DNA of 63,923 bases, the filler included, from Welwitschia mirabilis (taxonomy: Eukaryota), in the NCBI GenBank assembly GCA_051453625.1. It is 6 parts of one record of this genome, joined end to end, with 100 filler letters (N's around TTAATTAATTAA, not from the genome) between each part and the next. Parts side by side here need not be neighbours in the genome. Positions count along the whole stretch, not along the records: positions 18,495 to 43,569 come from JBOZIK010000001.1; positions 43,670 to 60,353 come from JBOZIK010000001.1; 4 more parts are not named here. One strand, given 5' to 3'. Positions 39,001 through 50,173 of the stretch are shown here, in pieces; position 1 is the stretch's first letter; the number at the start of each line of letters is the position of its first letter. Both the position numbers and the translations under genes were made by a program. A model generated the notes under the pieces. It had not been told where the DNA came from, made no database searches, and worked only from the letters and a program-made list of their open reading frames with translations.

Positions 39001-42000
39001 NNNNNNNNNNNNNNNNNNNNNNNNNNNNNNNNNNNNNNNNNNNNNNNNNNNNNNNNNNNNNNNNNNNNNNNNNNNNNNNNNNNNNNNNNNNNNNNNNNNN
39101 NNNNNNNNNNNNNNNNNNNNNNNNNNNNNNNNNNNNNNNNNNNNNNNNNNNNNNNNNNNNNNNNNNNNNNNNNNNNNNNNNNNNNNNNNNNNNNNNNNNN
39201 NNNNNNNNNNNNNNNNNNNNNNNNNNNNNNNNNNNNNNNNNNNNNNNNNNNNNNNNNNNNNNNNNNNNNNNNNNNNNNNNNNNNNNNNNNNNNNNNNNAA
39301 AATATTTTTAAAGTAATGAATCATGTATAGAATTTTAGTTAATGTTCTCCATTGCATTAAGTTTTTCAAGGGATTATTTCTCATAAGGTTGTGGGTAGGT
39401 TCAATTTAATTATTGTCCATGTTACTCATTAATTTATCCTCTGATGTGTAGCATTTAAATTTTTCTTCTACCTCAAATATTTGTTCACCTACTATGGATT
39501 AATCATTATCATTTGAAGTGTATAATCCTACTCCAAAATATAATCTACATTTACATAACTGTTCATTCTCTAANNNNNNNNNNNNNNNNNNNNNNNNNNN
39601 NNNNNNNNNNNNNNNNNNNNNNNNNNNNNNNNNNNNNNNNNNNNNNNNNNNNNNNNNNNNNNNNNNNNNNNNNTATTTGTTCACCTACTATGGATTGATC
39701 ATTATCATTTGAAGTGTATAATCCTACTCCAAAGTATAATCTTCATTCACATAACTATTCATTCTCTAAGTGTTATCTAAACTCAAGGTCCTCTTAGATT
39801 TCATCATTGATTGCTTTATAGGTTTCTTTCTCATTCCAAAGGAATAAGGTTTGGGTGTTGTTGATTTTAATTTTACTAATTTCTTTAAAGTTTTTAAACT
39901 TATAGGTTCATGTAATGTAGGAAAGTTTCCTTCTTCTAGAGTTTTAAAGATTTAATTAATAACTTAGGTTTACTATTAGATATCATACTCAAGCTTTTTA
40001 TNNNNNNNNNNNNNNNNNNNNNNNNNNNNNNNNNNNNNNNNNNNNNNNNNNNNNNNNNNNNNNNNNNNNNNNNNNNNNNNNNNNNNNNNNNNNNNNNNNN
40101 NTCCGAAGGAATAAGGTTTGAGTGTTGTTGATTTTAATTATACTAATTTCTTTAAAGTTTGTAAACTTGTAGGTTCATGTAATGTAGGAAAGTTTCCTTC
40201 TTCTAGAGTTTTAAAGATTTAAGTAATAACTTAGGTTAACTATTGGATATCGTACTAAGCTTTTCATTTGTTTGCATTTGAGCTTTAATGAATCTGATAA
40301 GTATGACTTCTAAGGAATTTGAAAAGGGTTGTTGAGTATTAGAAAAAGATTCAAAATTTCATTTTAAAAATTTTTAAAAGGTATTCTCAATGGAAGGTGA
40401 GTGGTTTCTTGGTTATATAAACTTGACGAGTGATGATCAAATGATGAAGGATATGAGAATGAAAATAAAGGGTATGGATTAAAGGATGATAAATGTAAAT
40501 ATGATGGTGAAGGATAAGGATTATAAGGGATGAAGGAAAAATTAGNNNNNNNNNNNNNNNNNNNNNNNNNNNNNNNNNNNNNNNNNNNNNNNNNNNNNNN
40601 NNNNNNNNNNNNNNNNNNNNNNNNNNNNNNNNNNNNNNNNNNNNNTGCATTTGGGCTTTAATGAATCTGATAAATATGTCTTCTAAGGAATTTAAAAAGG
40701 GTTGTTGAGTATTAGAAAAAGATTCAAAATTGCATTTTAAAAATTTTTAAAAGGTATTCTTAAGGGAAGGTGAATGGTTTCTTGGTTATATGAACTTGAC
40801 GAGTGATGATCAAATGATGAAGGATATGAGAATGAAAATAAAGGGTGTGGATTAAAGGATGATAAATGCAAATATGATGGTGAAGGATAAGGATTATAAA
40901 GGATAAGGGAAAAATTAGGGTCAAACTCTATTGGTTCATGATAAGGATTTTCAAATTTGTAAGGAGTTTGATCTATGTAGGAAAAGTGTTAAGGATACTC
41001 TTCAAAGATCTTCTATTATGAAAAGGATCTAGGGGTTGCCATTGGTATGAGTTACATTGAAGAAGATCCTCTAAAGTTCATTTTGATTTAATAAAATCTC
41101 CTATAGTTCATTTATATTCGTTCTAATTCTAAAAACTATAAGGATAAACAAAATTCAAACTATAAGATGTTAGGAATGTCTTCAGGGCCTAACTTATAAT
41201 TTAAGTTTAAGAAAATAGTTAATAGTTTAGACTGAGAGTTTACATTTTTTGAGGTTTTAAGCCTATCATAAAAAATGATTTAAAAAGGTTACAAGTGGTT
41301 TAAAGTAAAATCAAAAAATATCCTAAGAAGGAATACCAGGAGTGCTAATTAGGTTGAATAAAGATGATCAACAAAAAACATAGGTTGGATTCATAGTAGC
41401 TAAGATGACTCAGGTTGCAAGGTCTAAGAAAAAGGTAACAAAAACTGAAAATGTCTAAAACTTAAATTTTGTAAATAAGAAAAATAGACCTAATGTTTTT
41501 AATTTTTCTTAATATTCTTCACAAAAAAGAAAATTAATGAAACTGAAAAATGTATAGAGAATTTATAGAAACTAAAAAAAATACATAAACCACAAAAATA
41601 ATTAGAGTTTGGTTTTGGTTTAATATCCATGATATAATGTTTGGTTTTACTTGTACTAAAGTCATTAGACCTATAATACAAAATATAAGATATAAAAATG
41701 AAGTTTTAGATGTTAGAAAGATAATTAAACTTAACAATTTACACCAATTCAAGTTTTACTAGAAAAGGACCAATATCAACCACTTGAAGGAAAATAGAAA
41801 ACACATAAAATAAAGAAAAAAGGACTACTTTGATATAACTAAAAAGATGACTAGTGCCCACTACTAAAAAAAATAAATACAAAAATGGGAAAAAAAAGAA
41901 ACCAATTTAGGTATTACTAGAAAGAGGATCAATACTCTTTACTAGAAAAATAAAAATCTAACTAAAAATTGGAAGAAAAACAATCATGTACTCTTGAAAA

Positions 42001-43096
42001 ATTACTATGCTACTACGTCACCAGTAATGATACCAAAATCTAGTAATCTGTAGTACAATGTATGGATTTAAACTAAGCAAAACACCTTGTATCATTCTTT
42101 CAAAGTGATGTAGGAGGTGAATTAATCAAAAGGTACATAATTANNNNNNNNNNNNNNNNNNNNNNNNNNNNNNNNNNNNNNNNNNNNNNNNNNNNNNNNN
42201 NNNNNNNNNNNNNNNNNNNNNNNNNNNNNNNNNNNNNNNNNNNGACCACTACCCACCATCAAAGAAATAAAATCTAACTAAAAATTAGAAGAAAAACAAT
42301 CATGTACTCTTGAAAAATTACTATGCTACTACATCCCCAGTAATGATAACAAAATCTAGTAATCTATAGTATAATGTATGGATTTAAACTAAGCAAAACA
42401 CCTAGTATCATTCTTTCAAAGTGATGTAGGAGGTGAATTAATCAAAAGGTACATAATTATTCTATCTGGCAATGAAAAAATCAACAAAAGAAAACAAAAA
42501 AGTTAAAAAAAAGAAAGTGATCTTCAATCGATAATGCAAGAAAATAAAATTTCTCTAAGGATCTAGAGATTCATCTAACTCTTCTCCTTTGCTCCAAAGA
42601 TTCTTATATCTTGAAACATGCACTAAATCATCAAGTAATTAAGGATCAGTGTGGAAGCATAACCTCATCTATCATATTAATATTAGTAAGTTATCAAATC
42701 CTCTTAATACTTCACAACACTGTATAAGCACAAAAAGTATGAACGTAAGTGTACAAAATCCATTAAACAACAAAAACTATAAATCTTGAAAGTAACATGA
42801 AATAACTCACATAATTCAAAAGAATTAGACAATTAAATAAGCTCATCTAAAGATTGGTAATACCATTTTTAATTATTAATAATAAAAGAATAAACTTATT
42901 TTAAGAACTAATACCCAAACATTGCTAATACCAATAAAAATTATGCATTAATATTAAAAAGACTTAAACCAAATTTTGTATTAAAATTAAAAGAAATATA
43001 CATTATATCAATGAAGGAGGAGGAGAAGAACTTCTCAACTAGCCATAGATCATTCTATCTCTAAGAAGGAGCATTATAGCACCATGATGTCATAGT
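36004..43096 (-). mobile_element. Non-autonomous Athila-like Ty3/Gypsy element: 3'LTR 36004-~37453, PPT 37454-37464, gag remnants, PBS ~42334-42352, 5'LTR 42357-43096 (interrupted)
   Basis: Two same-orientation homologous LTR blocks begin at the same boundary (36004-36560 vs 42357-43096). acacaccccc PPT is followed by the cttttgctag motif. tccccagtaatgataacaaaa is a decayed tccccggcaacggcgccaaaa (Athila-type PBS). Gag-like PYS/LELERI and SLEVILIRFIKAQ…GNFPT fragments present. No pol motifs in the sequenced part. Confidence 0.6.
36650..36890. repeat. Degenerate array of TAGCATT(A/T)GGTAGA, about 9 copies, within the LTR
   Basis: A 14-bp core recurs every ~25-40 bp with variable linkers. Confidence 0.7.
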
Positions 43097-43569
43097 GTTG
43101 TGGTGCGTATGTATGTAATGTTTATGTTCTGAGCTGAATCTTGTTAATCAAAATTAATATGCATAAACACAATACACTAGTATAGATGAGAGTGATCTGA
43201 ATGTCATCATTCCATCGAAGGACAAAGTATGGATATAAAAGAGATTCTTTTAAGAGAAAATTATGTAACTCAAACTTACTAAAATAAATTATAATGTATG
43301 GAATTGAAATAAAACATACTTATGCAGAACTAATTAATGTATATCAGAAAAGAAGCTTGTCATCAAATCTAAAATAACATAAACTATGAGGAAGAAGATC
43401 GTGTATATATTGAACACAAAAGAAGATAATTCATATTAGAATGCATGCAAAATTCATATTATAAAGTAGCCATTTCTCAATGAAGGAAATGCTTCCCAAC
43501 ACCAAGGGACCGTCTCTTTACAATTACAGAATGGTTCTTCAGTCCCAAGATTTCCTATCACGAGTATAT
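43097..43569. mobile_element. Another Gypsy/Athila-type LTR fragment nested in the preceding LTR, cut by a scaffold join
   Basis: Homology to the 36004 LTR stops abruptly at TGTTG (43097). acacaatacac…tatag…gtga resembles the LTR segment at ~52760. Confidence 0.4.
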
Positions 43570-43699
43570 NNNNNNNNNNNNNNNNNNNNNNNNNNNNNNN
43601 NNNNNNNNNNNNNTTAATTAATTAANNNNNNNNNNNNNNNNNNNNNNNNNNNNNNNNNNNNNNNNNNNNATCTAGACTGAATTTATAAGAAGTTCATAT

Positions 43700-44590
43700 A
43701 GGTGTGTTAATTGTTTTAGCATTTTTTAATCCAAAACATTTGATCAAGTTCTTTACATATTTAGATTATGAGATAAAAATTTCATTCTTTGTTTGTTAAT
43801 CTATAATCTAAGAAACATTTGCACTTCACTAAAAATGCTCATCTCAAAATGTGATGTCATGATATTTTCAAATTCTTTTGATAAAAATTAGCTAGAGTTA
43901 CCAAATATGATATCATCCACATACATTTATATANNNNNNNNNNNNNNNNNNNNNNNNNNNNNNNNNNNNNNNNNNNNNNNNNNNNNNNNNNNNNNNNNNN
44001 NNNNNNNNNNNNNNNNNNNNNNNNNNNNNNNNNATCATCCACATACATTTATATAATGATAAAATACTTTTTAAGTTATTAACAAATAAAGTTTTATATA
44101 TTATTTCATAGATATAATCATTTTCATTTAGAAATGTTGCTAACTTCTCATACCAACCTCTTAGTGCTTGCTTTGATCCATACAAAGCCTTTTTAAGTCT
44201 ATAAATATGATCATATTTATGAGGATCTATAAATTCTTGCAGTTGTTCTATACACACTTTTTCACTTACGGCTTTATTTAAAAATGCACTCTTTACATCA
44301 ATTTAATACAATTTGATATTCTTAAAGGATACAAAAGATAAAAACATTCTAATTCTATCAAGCCTTACCACTAGAGTGAATGTATCACCTACATCAATGC
44401 CTTCGATTTGGTTGTAGCCTTGTGCTACTTATCTTGCTTCTTTTCTATGACATTATTTTCTTCATCACATTTATTTTTAAAGATCCACTTAGTTCTAATA
44501 ATAGTTTCATCTTTTAACCTTTCAAGAAGCTTCCATACATTATTTTTTAAATTATTATAACTCATGTTGTATGATTATCATCCATTCTCC
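43700..44590 (-). pseudogene. Copia reverse transcriptase (disrupted)
   Basis: HIYRLKKALYGSKQALRGWYEKL (ORF 43913-44257), YVDDII, plus WIFKNK, AQGYNQIEGID and DVKSAF upstream. Several stops. Confidence 0.9.
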
Positions 44591-44869
44591 ATGGGATTTT
44601 ACCTTTTCAAATTTCATAGGTTCAATTTGTAAAACATAACAAATGTCGACACAAAAATTCTTCATAGAGCTTCTTGTCTTTATCTTTAAGATAACTTCCC
44701 TAATAATATATTCTAAAGGGTGATCTTTTAACTCTTTAAACTTTTTAGTAGAGACTTTTTTGGTTGGAGCTTCTTCTTATTTTTTAGTAGAAATTTATTT
44801 TTTTGTGAGGGTTCTTGAAGATATGTTATCTTCATCACTGGAAGGAATAGATTTTGTGCTAATATCCTC

Positions 44870-45740
44870 TATTTTCACATTTATTGATTCTTTCATAGTT
44901 AATCTCCTCCTTTTGAAAACATGATAAGCTTTACTTCTAGTTAAATATCCCAAAAATATAGCCTCATTAGCCTTAGATTCAAATTTTCTTAAGTGTTCTC
45001 TATCCTTTCTCTATTCTTTAATACATAACATTTACTTCTGAAGAATTTAAAATAAAAAATATTTGGTTTTCTTTCTTTTTANNNNNNNNNNNNNNNNNNN
45101 NNNNNNNNNNNNNNNNNNNNNNNNNNNNNNNNNNNNNNNNNNNNNNNNNNNNNNNNNNNNNNNNNNNNNNNNNNNNNNNNNCTTTTTACAATTCATAAGA
45201 AGTTTTATCCATAAACGATCTATGATAGACTTTGTTTATGATATAACTTGCAATGCTAACAGCTTCTACCAAAAATGATTTTGGAACCTCCTTGTCATGC
45301 AACATAGTTTTTGCTATTTCTTAGAGGACTCTATTCTTTCTCTTAGTAATACCATTTTTTTGAGTATTTTAGTGACTAAAATTAGTAATCAATACCATTC
45401 TTAATGCAATACTTCTCAAATAACTGATTTTCTAACTCATCACCATGATCACTTCTTATTTTCTTTATAGTATAGCCTTTCTCATTTTGAATTTTGTCGC
45501 ATATTTCAATCCAATGTTTATATGTTTTATATTTGTTAGAAAGAAATGCAACCCATTTGTATCTTGATAAATCATTAACCATGATTATAAAATAGCATTT
45601 ACCTTCTAAACTTTGAATTTGAGCTAGTTCCACTAAGTCCATATGAATAAGTTCTAAAGGCATGGTTGTGGAAACTTGGTTTTTACTTTTGTGTGATGTT
45701 CTTATTTGTTTTCCTTTTTAGCATGCATCACAAAGATTAT
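44870..45740 (-). pseudogene. Copia integrase (disrupted)
   Basis: LCDAC*KGKQ, then PLELIHMDL…VNDLSRYKWVAFL…IKKIRSDHGDEL (ORF 45382-45663), and KFESKANEAIFLGY (SH3-like part). Confidence 0.9.
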
Positions 45741-47900
45741 GTTTTTTAACATTTATTTTTAAAATACCTTTGACAATTTCTTTTGTAATAATTATTTTCA
45801 AATGATTGTNNNNNNNNNNNNNNNNNNNNNNNNNNNNNNNNNNNNNNNNNNNNNNNNNNNNNNNNNNNNNNNNNNNNNNNNNNNNNNNNNNNNNNNNNNN
45901 NNNNNNNNNNNNNNNNNNNNNNNNNNNNNNNNNNNNNNNNNNNNNNNNNNNNNNNNNNNNNNNNNNNNNNNNNNNNNNNNNNNNNNNNNNNNNNNNNNNN
46001 NNNNNNNNNNNNNNNNNNNNNNNNNNNNNNNNNNNNNNNNNNNNNNNNNNNNNNNNNNNNNNNNNNNNNNNNNNNNNNNNNNNNNNNNNNNNNNNNNNNN
46101 NNNNNNNNNNNNNNNNNNNNNNNNNNNNNNNNNNNNNNNNNNNNNNNNNNNNNNNNNNNNNNNNNNNNNNNNNNNNNNNNNNNNNNNNNNNNNNNNNNNN
46201 NNNNNNNNNNNNNNNNNNNNNNNNNNNNNNNNNNNNNNNNNNNNNNNNNNNNNNNNNNNNNNNNNNNNNNNNNNNNNNNNNNNNNNNNNNNNNNNNNNNN
46301 NNTGTGGTATATCTCCTCTTGGAACAAATTTAAATGGAAATTTACTAACTGAATTTAAAAATAACATTAATTTCCTAGCAATGTAAAATAGCTTTGAATA
46401 ACTTGACTTACCACAAAAATGATATGTAACCTTAGAAATAAACTTATTTTGCCAAGTTACTTGATTTTGTTGAAGTTGTAGTCTTTAGGGGATGAAACAA
46501 ATACTTGTCTTATCATGATCTGATTTTCAAATTCCAAGCATCTCTTCTAATCTAGTTAAACCACTAGAAAATTTACTAATAAAATCTGACAAGTGCTTTA
46601 TCTTAAGTGTAAGTTTGAAATATTCAGATTTGACCATCTTGTATTTTGCTTCTAATTCCTCCTTTTCTGTGATGAGGGTTTTCATAATCTTATTTAGATC
46701 ATTGATGTGCTTTGACAATTTTCACATTTCATAAANNNNNNNNNNNNNNNNNNNNNNNNNNNNNNNNNNNNNNNNNNNNNNNNNNNNNNNNNNNNNNNNN
46801 NNNNNNNNNNNNNNNNNNNNNNNNNNNNNNNNNNNNNNNNNNNNNNNNNNNNNNNNNNNNNNNNNNNNNNNNNNNNNNNNNNNNNNNNNNNNNNNNNNNN
46901 NNNNNNNNNNNNNNNNNNNNNNNNNNNNNNNNNNNNNNNNNNNNNNNNNNNNNNNNNNNNNNNNNNNNNNNNNNNNNNNNNNNNNNNNNNNNNNNNNNNN
47001 NNNNNNNNNNNNNNNNNNNNNNNNNNNNNNNNNNNNNNNNNNNNNNNNNNNNNNNNNNNNNNNNNNNNNNNNNNNNNNNNNNNNNNNNNNNNNNNNNNNN
47101 NNNNNNNNNNNNNNNNNNNNNNNNNNNNNNNNNNNNNNNNNNNNNNNNNNNNNNNNNNNNNNNNNNNNNNNNNNNNNNNNNNNNNNNNNNNNNNNNNNNN
47201 NNNNNNNNNNNNAATTTACAAATTACCTTGAAATTATTCAAGAGCCATCATGTTAATATTCTTTCTTTCTTTGATTGTAGTGACTTTTGGCTCTAACCTT
47301 TTTCAAATGTATCTCAACACTTTTTGAATAAAATTTGCCTCATTCATTCTTTTATCTAGACTTGCCATGGAATTTATAGTGTTGGTAAGTCAAATAAAGA
47401 ATTACTATAAAGTCTCCTCCTCATCTATATGAATGTCTTTGAATTTGGATACAAGAATTTGAAGTTTAGCCTATTTAACAATGGATGTCCCTTCATATGC
47501 AACTTCAAAAATGTCCCATGCTTCCTTTGCATGTTCACAGTTTACAATACGTTTGGACTCATTTGTACAAACTACGCAAAAAATAGCATTAAGAGCATAA
47601 TTGTCTATGATATCTTTTGATCTATCAGTGGGACTCCATTGGTCTTAGGTCTTTGAAAATAAAATAGTATTATCATAGGCATCGGTTTTAGAAAAAGCAA
47701 GCATAGTATATCCATTTTGAATGACCTCTTCAATGTCTACAACTAGGAATCTAAGGAAGATTCTCATTTAGGATTTTTAATATGCATAGTTTAACCCATT
47801 AAACATATGTGAATGATCACTAGAAAAACCATTAGAAGGGTTACTTATTTTTGGATTCTAGAGTCTAGACCTATTACAATATTAGCATAGACTCAATAAG

Positions 47901-47912
47901 GCTCTAATACCA
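47901..47912 (-). other. Primer-binding site (tRNA-iMet type)
   Basis: gctctaatacca reads TGGTATTAGAGC on the minus strand, one mismatch from TGGTATCAGAGC, 2 nt from the LTR end. Confidence 0.85.
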
Positions 47913-47914
47913 AA

Positions 47915-50173
47915 TGTGGTTTCAAGGACCTTAGAGGGGAAGGGAATAAGATTCTAAAAATTTAATTGAATAACTTCATAATAATAACTTTCTTTAAAAT
48001 GAACACTAAAAACATATGTAAGCAAACTAAAACTATTCTAAAAAATTAAAGAATAGAAAGCACATAAATACCAATGAGAAGTACACAAGATTTATAGTGA
48101 TTTGAGAAAACCTACTCCATTCTTGATGATCAACTTCTATCTAAGCCTATTTTGAATCACCATTAANNNNNNNNNNNNNNNNNNNNNNNNNNNNNNNNNN
48201 NNNNNNNNNNNNNNNNNNNNNNNNNNNNNNNNNNNNNNNNNNNNNNNNNNNNNNNNNNNNNNNNNNAAATAACAATGAGAAGTACACAAGATTTATAGTA
48301 ATTTGAGAAAACCTACTCCATTCTTAATGATCAGCTTCTATCCAAGCCTATTCTATATCACCATTAATCTCTTGCCAAATATTCTAGGTTCACTTGTAAC
48401 CTTTGCAAATGGAATTTTTTGAGGCTTAGTCTCAACCTTTTATAAGAAAGTAAAGTGGTGATAATGTTATGCCAAAATTTATAGGTATCACTTGATCTTT
48501 GGCTTAAGAATAGTATTTTTGCACTNNNNNNNNNNNNNNNNNNNNNNNNNNNNNNNNNNNNNNNNNNNNNNNNNNNNNNNNNNNNNNNNNNNNNNNNNNN
48601 NNNNNNNNNNNNNNNNNNNNNNNNNTTCTTCAGAAGATAGCACAACCCAAGAGCATAGAGTGCAATAGACATGATTAAGTATGCAAAGGTACTAATAATT
48701 CTTAGTTTATTCTTGATCAAGCAGGAGATGCCAGTGAGTATAATGAATGATTTCAAAAGGATTCAAAACTAGTACAATGATTTTGACTTTTGACAAATAT
48801 ATAGTAAAATACTTTTAGGGTTTTTACAAGTAAAAAGACCTTCCAATGGATATAAAATAGACACATAATAGCTAAAAAAATCTATTTTCTATCACGACTA
48901 GTAGACCCATTAAAAGTCTAATCAACCTCATTTGGTATCATTACTTAAATTGGTCTCCCTTGTGTTTTTTCTATCAACCCCTCTTTATTATGGCTCTATG
49001 TCTAGTCAGCCTCTTAAAATGTGGTTGACTGCTCATCTGGTCATTTGCATATTTATTCACTCAAGTCNNNNNNNNNNNNNNNNNNNNNNNNNNNNNNNNN
49101 NNNNNNNNNNNNNNNNNNNNNNNNNNNNNNNNNNNNNNNNNNNNNNNNNNNNNNNNNNNNNNNNNNNNNNNNNNNNNNNNNNNNNNNNNNNNNNNNNNNN
49201 NNNNNNNNNNNNNNNNNNNNNNNNNNNNNNNNNNNNNNNNNNNNNNNNNNNNNNNNNNNNNNNNNNNNNNNNNNNNNNNNNNNNNNNNNNNNNNNNNNNN
49301 NNNNNNNNNNNNNNNNNNNNNNNNNNNNNNNNNNNNNNNNNNNNNNNNNNNNNNNNNNNNNNNNNNNNNNNNNNNNNNNNNNNNNNNNNNNNNNNNNNNN
49401 NNNNNNNNNNNNNNNNNNNNNNNNNNNNNNNNNNNNNNNNNNNNNNNNNNNNNNNNNNNNNNNNNNNNNNNNNNNNNNNNNNNNNNNNNNNNNNNNNNNN
49501 NNNNNNNNCTTCCAATGGATATAAAATAGACACATAATAGCTAAAAAAATCTATTTTCCATCATGACCAGTAGACCCATTAAAATTCTGATCAACCTTAT
49601 TTGGTGTCATTACTTAAATTGGTCTCCCTTGTGTTTTTCCTATTAACTCATCTTTCTTATGACTCTATGTCTAGTCAACCTCTTAAAATATGATTGATTG
49701 CTCAGCTAGTCATTTGCATATTTATTCAGTCATATCCTTGGTAAATAAAAAATTCAACATAGTTTTCTACTCTAGGACTAGTTAACTCCCTAAAGGTCCA
49801 GTTGACCCCTTACTAACAAAAGAATGAATGAAATTCCAGGTCTAATTGATGCCTCTAAATTCAGTCAATCCTTTAATGATCGACTGTGAAGTATTAATGC
49901 TTAGTTGCATAGGTCTAGATGATCCCTAAGGTAACTAATCAACCCCTCTGAATTTAGCTCTTTTTTTTAGTTTGCTACAAGTACAATTAAACCCTTAAAA
50001 GTATAGTTAATCCCTAAAGAGGGTATAAAAAAAATAATAGGTTTAGGATTAAAATATAACAACTTACTTCAACTTTTAAGTTGCAATGATTAGTATTTTC
50101 TGCATAAGATACAACAAGTTTTACTACATAAAACAAATTGGTTTGATATCAATTAACAAATAATAAGTCAACA
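47915..50173 (-). repeat. 5' LTR of the Copia element (length inflated by gap-flanking duplications)
   Basis: TG…CA termini, GTCGACC-like repeats at ~49560-50010, and homology to LTR 2879-4140. Confidence 0.8.

Larger units (their letters stand above)
43670..50173 (-). mobile_element. Ty1/Copia Sirevirus-type element (5'LTR-PBS-gag-INT-RT), degenerate; 3' part lost at scaffold break
   Basis: LTR starts TG at 50173 on the minus strand; PBS TGGTATTAGAGC at 47901-47912; gag fragments at 46400-47830; integrase and RT as listed separately. LTR is homologous to 2879-4140. Confidence 0.9.

Noticed and set aside
24577..49537. Long listed ORFs made mostly of X (e.g. 24577, 27246, 38701, 45746, 46712, 48932)
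   Set aside because: They are artefacts of translating through N-gaps.
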